64,000 nucleotides of DNA, from NCBI GenBank assembly GCA_002269645.1, contig NIVC01000012.1, positions 930,001 to 994,000 of the forward strand, given 5' to 3'. The first letter of the stretch is position 1. Every line of letters begins with the position of its first letter. The position numbers were made by a program, and so were the translations under genes. Source of the stretch: Macrostomum lignano (taxonomy: Eukaryota). Of the stretch, positions 61,301 through 64,000 are shown in pieces. The notes beneath the pieces are model-generated. The model ran no database searches, was not told the DNA's origin, and saw nothing but the letters and a program-made list of their open reading frames with translations.

Positions 61301-61886
61301 TATGAGGAAAAATTGCATGAAAACAATACTATAAAAATATTCTAGTTTTTCATTTTTTCATTTAACGATCAGATAAATATATAGCTCAAATTAAAATTTT
61401 ACCCTACCTGCCAGCCGACACTCCTCGACGGCGAATTTGCTCGGCTTCGACTCGACCTCTTCGCTGATCTTCGGTTTCCAAAGCGCGTCGCTTCTCCGCA
61501 CGAATTCTTTCTCCAGATCTACGCTCTTCTCGCTGAGCCTCAGTTTCAGTTGCCCTTCGCTCAGCATTCTCCTGCCGGAGTCTTGTCAAGCGCTCTTCTC
61601 GCTGAGCCTCAGTTTCAGTTGCCCTTCGCTCAGCATTCTCCTGCCGGAGTCTTGTCAAGCGCTCTTCTCGCTGAGCCTCAGTTTCAGTTGCCCTTCGCTC
61701 AGCATTCTCCTGCCGGAGTCTCGTCAAGCGCTCTTCTCGCTGAGCCTCAGTTTCAGTTGCCCTTCGCTCAGCCTCCTGCTGCCGGAGTCCAGTCAGCCGC
61801 TCTTCACGCTGAACGGCACTCTCTTGCTGACGCTTCTTCTTGGCATCTCTGCTCTTCTTCAAAGCACTGGTGCCACGTCGAGTCAT
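55382..61886 (-). pseudogene. Helitron 2 multi-exon Rep/Pif1 helicase with N-terminal repeats and OTU domain
   Basis: CDQC..CCAKG; FVGGPRYL..KFGKPDLFVTATCNPKW; EYQKRG|LPHVHFL; VKYVIKYLLKG; DAPAGTGKT; WDEISM; GDFRQLLPV; QFPVQ..TIHKSQGQS; OTU IPGDGN/HAV..EHYESL. Frameshifts near 60820, 59705 and 57060; one donor reads GG instead of GT near 58321. Confidence 0.95.
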
Positions 61887-62571
61887 TTTGTGATTTGAAT
61901 ATAAAAATAATAATTCGGAGTGATAATGAAAAGAAAAAAATATACAGGTGATTTGCAGGAGAAAAGAGAAAGATTGAAGACTGCATGCACTGACGAGCTT
62001 TTAAAACTCAGCGAACCACACCACCCCAAAAAGCTAGACACCCTTTATACGAGTGCACTGTTAAATGTGTACATTGTGTACACTAAGCCTAAATTCTCTC
62101 TCCAACAACCACTGTTAATTGGTCAAGACTTTTCTAGCCTAGTCAAATTTATAAATAATTTAAAAATCTGTCTCAGAAAAGGCTCAGTCAATTTGTGCAG
62201 CAATGTTGCATTCTGATTGGTCATATTTATATCAGGAGGTTTGCGGGTTTGTTAGCCTTTTATTATTATCAGTGTGCAGTGTACAGTGTCAGTGTATTTT
62301 ATCGATTGCCTTTGCTTAGAAGCGATTAAGCAAATTATATTTTTTCTAGCCAGGGTGAGAGAACTTATTGTGTGCATTTAGGGGGCACCATATGATGCAA
62401 TCATTATTCACTGTCACTCGGTTAGAGCAAAAGTCACACGAAGCAGTTCTAACACTATCAATTTCTCAGTCAGCCAGTATCAGTCTCTATTAATTTCTTT
62501 TTTCTTACATTCTTACAATTCTCTCTTTGGATTCATAAATTTCACGCTATGCTAAATGGAAGGGGTGCACG

Positions 62572-62885
62572 ACAATTGACTGCCACAATTTGACTGCGGT
62601 CAATTTGACTGCGGACAATTTGACTGCCGAGCAATTTGACTGCCGACAAAATGACTGCGAACAAAATGACTGCGGACAAAATGACTGCCGACAATTTGAC
62701 TGCCGACAAAATGACTGCCGACAATTTGACTGCCGACAAAATGACTGCCAACAAAATGACTGCCGACAAAATGACTGCGGAAATTTGACTGCCGACAATA
62801 TGACTGCGGCAATTTGACTGCCGACAAAATGACTGCGGCAATTTGACTGCCGAGCAATTTGACTGCCAGCTAAATGACTGCTGGC
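62572..62885. repeat. 15-bp minisatellite (aaatgactgccgaca / atttgactgccgaca), ~20 copies
   Basis: Direct inspection. Confidence 0.95.
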
Positions 62886-64000
62886 AGCTAAAAGAGTCTG
62901 GGACATCAAATCCCGTCGAGATCCATCAAGATGAAGGGGCATTCTGAAATCACTTTGCCACCTGGTGGGGGGTCTAATAGGGCATGTCTGTAGGTCATTT
63001 TTTAGCAACTTTGCCAGCGCACCATTTCGAAACGGCTTGGTCTGGAAATGAGAGACTTGCATCATCGCATAGGGCAACTATTGCCGCTTCAGATGCCGTT
63101 TGTCGCGTCGATAGATTTGCTACCATTCTGCCCTGGCGAGCATTGCCGTAAAGTGTAATAATCTCCTCAGCGGCTATCAGAGAGTGAGTACCCTTAAACT
63201 TTAGATGCACTTTGCCAGCCTTCTGGTGGGTATTTCTCGACGTTCTTGGTGCCGTTGGAAAGCTCTAGAGATGCTCTATCGATGTCATTTTGTCCGCAGT
63301 TGATACTACTTGTGATTAGACAGTTGTATCTTGCGGCGTGACTTCCTGAAAATGGCCAGCCAATTCCCTAGACCCCTGACTACAGACTTTGGCCAGAGGA
63401 CCTCAGAAAATTTCAAAGCCACCTAATCCGATGCCCATAGAGAAGTGCGTAGAAAATTACACTTTGGCTTTATGCCTGCCTTTCGACGAAAGAAAAAGGT
63501 AGTGAAGTTTAAGAGAAAGGGAAATCGATTTTTATTATTACAGAAAACCATAACCAAAACCAAAAATACAATGATATGAAAAATTTAAATGAAGCCTACT
63601 TCTGCGCGGATTGTTGAAATACGATTTGAAGCACAGGAAACACATGAAACACAAAGTATTAACAAAGTATTGAAATGTGTTAACAAAGCATTAAAAAGTG
63701 TTAACATAGCGTGAAGAAAGTATTCACAATTTCCCCAAATCCAAAAGACTCTCTTAAAGTCTTTAGGAGGGATACAGATGTTATAAAACTCTGAGTACCT
63801 GTAGTTGTACGGTTTTTGTGTAAACTGCGTCATTTACTAAAGCGACACAAACCTAATTCTTGGAGGTGAGGCACAGTGCCTACACTGCAACCTTTTCGGG
63901 CTGGGTGACTTCTGGGGGGGGTCCATTCACGTCCCAGGTTCACAACTTGCCCAAAATAGTGCACAATAATTAAATTTTCTTAGGCCTCCAATTGAAACTA

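Noticed and set aside
62890-63330. Coding-like minus-strand segment after the 15-bp array
   Set aside because: Interrupted by stops and no family motif recognised.

Overview
Eukaryotic (invertebrate-type: spliceosomal introns, TTAGGG repeats) window made almost entirely of nested mobile DNA; no intact host gene is evident. (1) ~2.8-17.5 kb holds a decayed Polinton/Maverick-like endogenous virus. The core run is major capsid, adenain-like protease, A32 packaging ATPase, a PW-like ORF and a further conserved ORF. Accessory genes are unusual: a TATA-binding-protein (TBP)-like gene, a tandem PC4-like gene, a DEDD-like exonuclease and, in an upstream compact cluster of less certain linkage, a Fic-domain gene, a second PC4-like gene and an SSB-like gene. 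It is interrupted by a Penelope GIY-YIG fragment, a 241-bp retro-insert with 10-bp TSD, a 3.3-kb RNase H-bearing LINE and a 335-bp AGTAGT-ended mini-Polinton with 6-bp TSD. No PolB or integrase is seen. (2) ~17.8-21.7 kb is an internally deleted EnSpm/CACTA-like element. (3) 22.5-34.3 kb is a chain of non-autonomous, minisatellite-filled Helitrons joined head-to-tail, one nested at a provable A|T site, next to a syntaxin-6 fragment. (4) 34.5-37.4 kb has a cryptic spliced zinc-knuckle/RS gene and a divergently transcribed RPA70-like gene. (5) 40.7-61.9 kb has two convergent, near-complete, intron-containing OTU-Rep-Pif1 Helitrons with a non-autonomous Helitron between them that carries a solo LTR. 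All protein family calls come from motif recognition by eye; no database search was run. Some single-base frameshifts in homopolymers could be sequencing errors.
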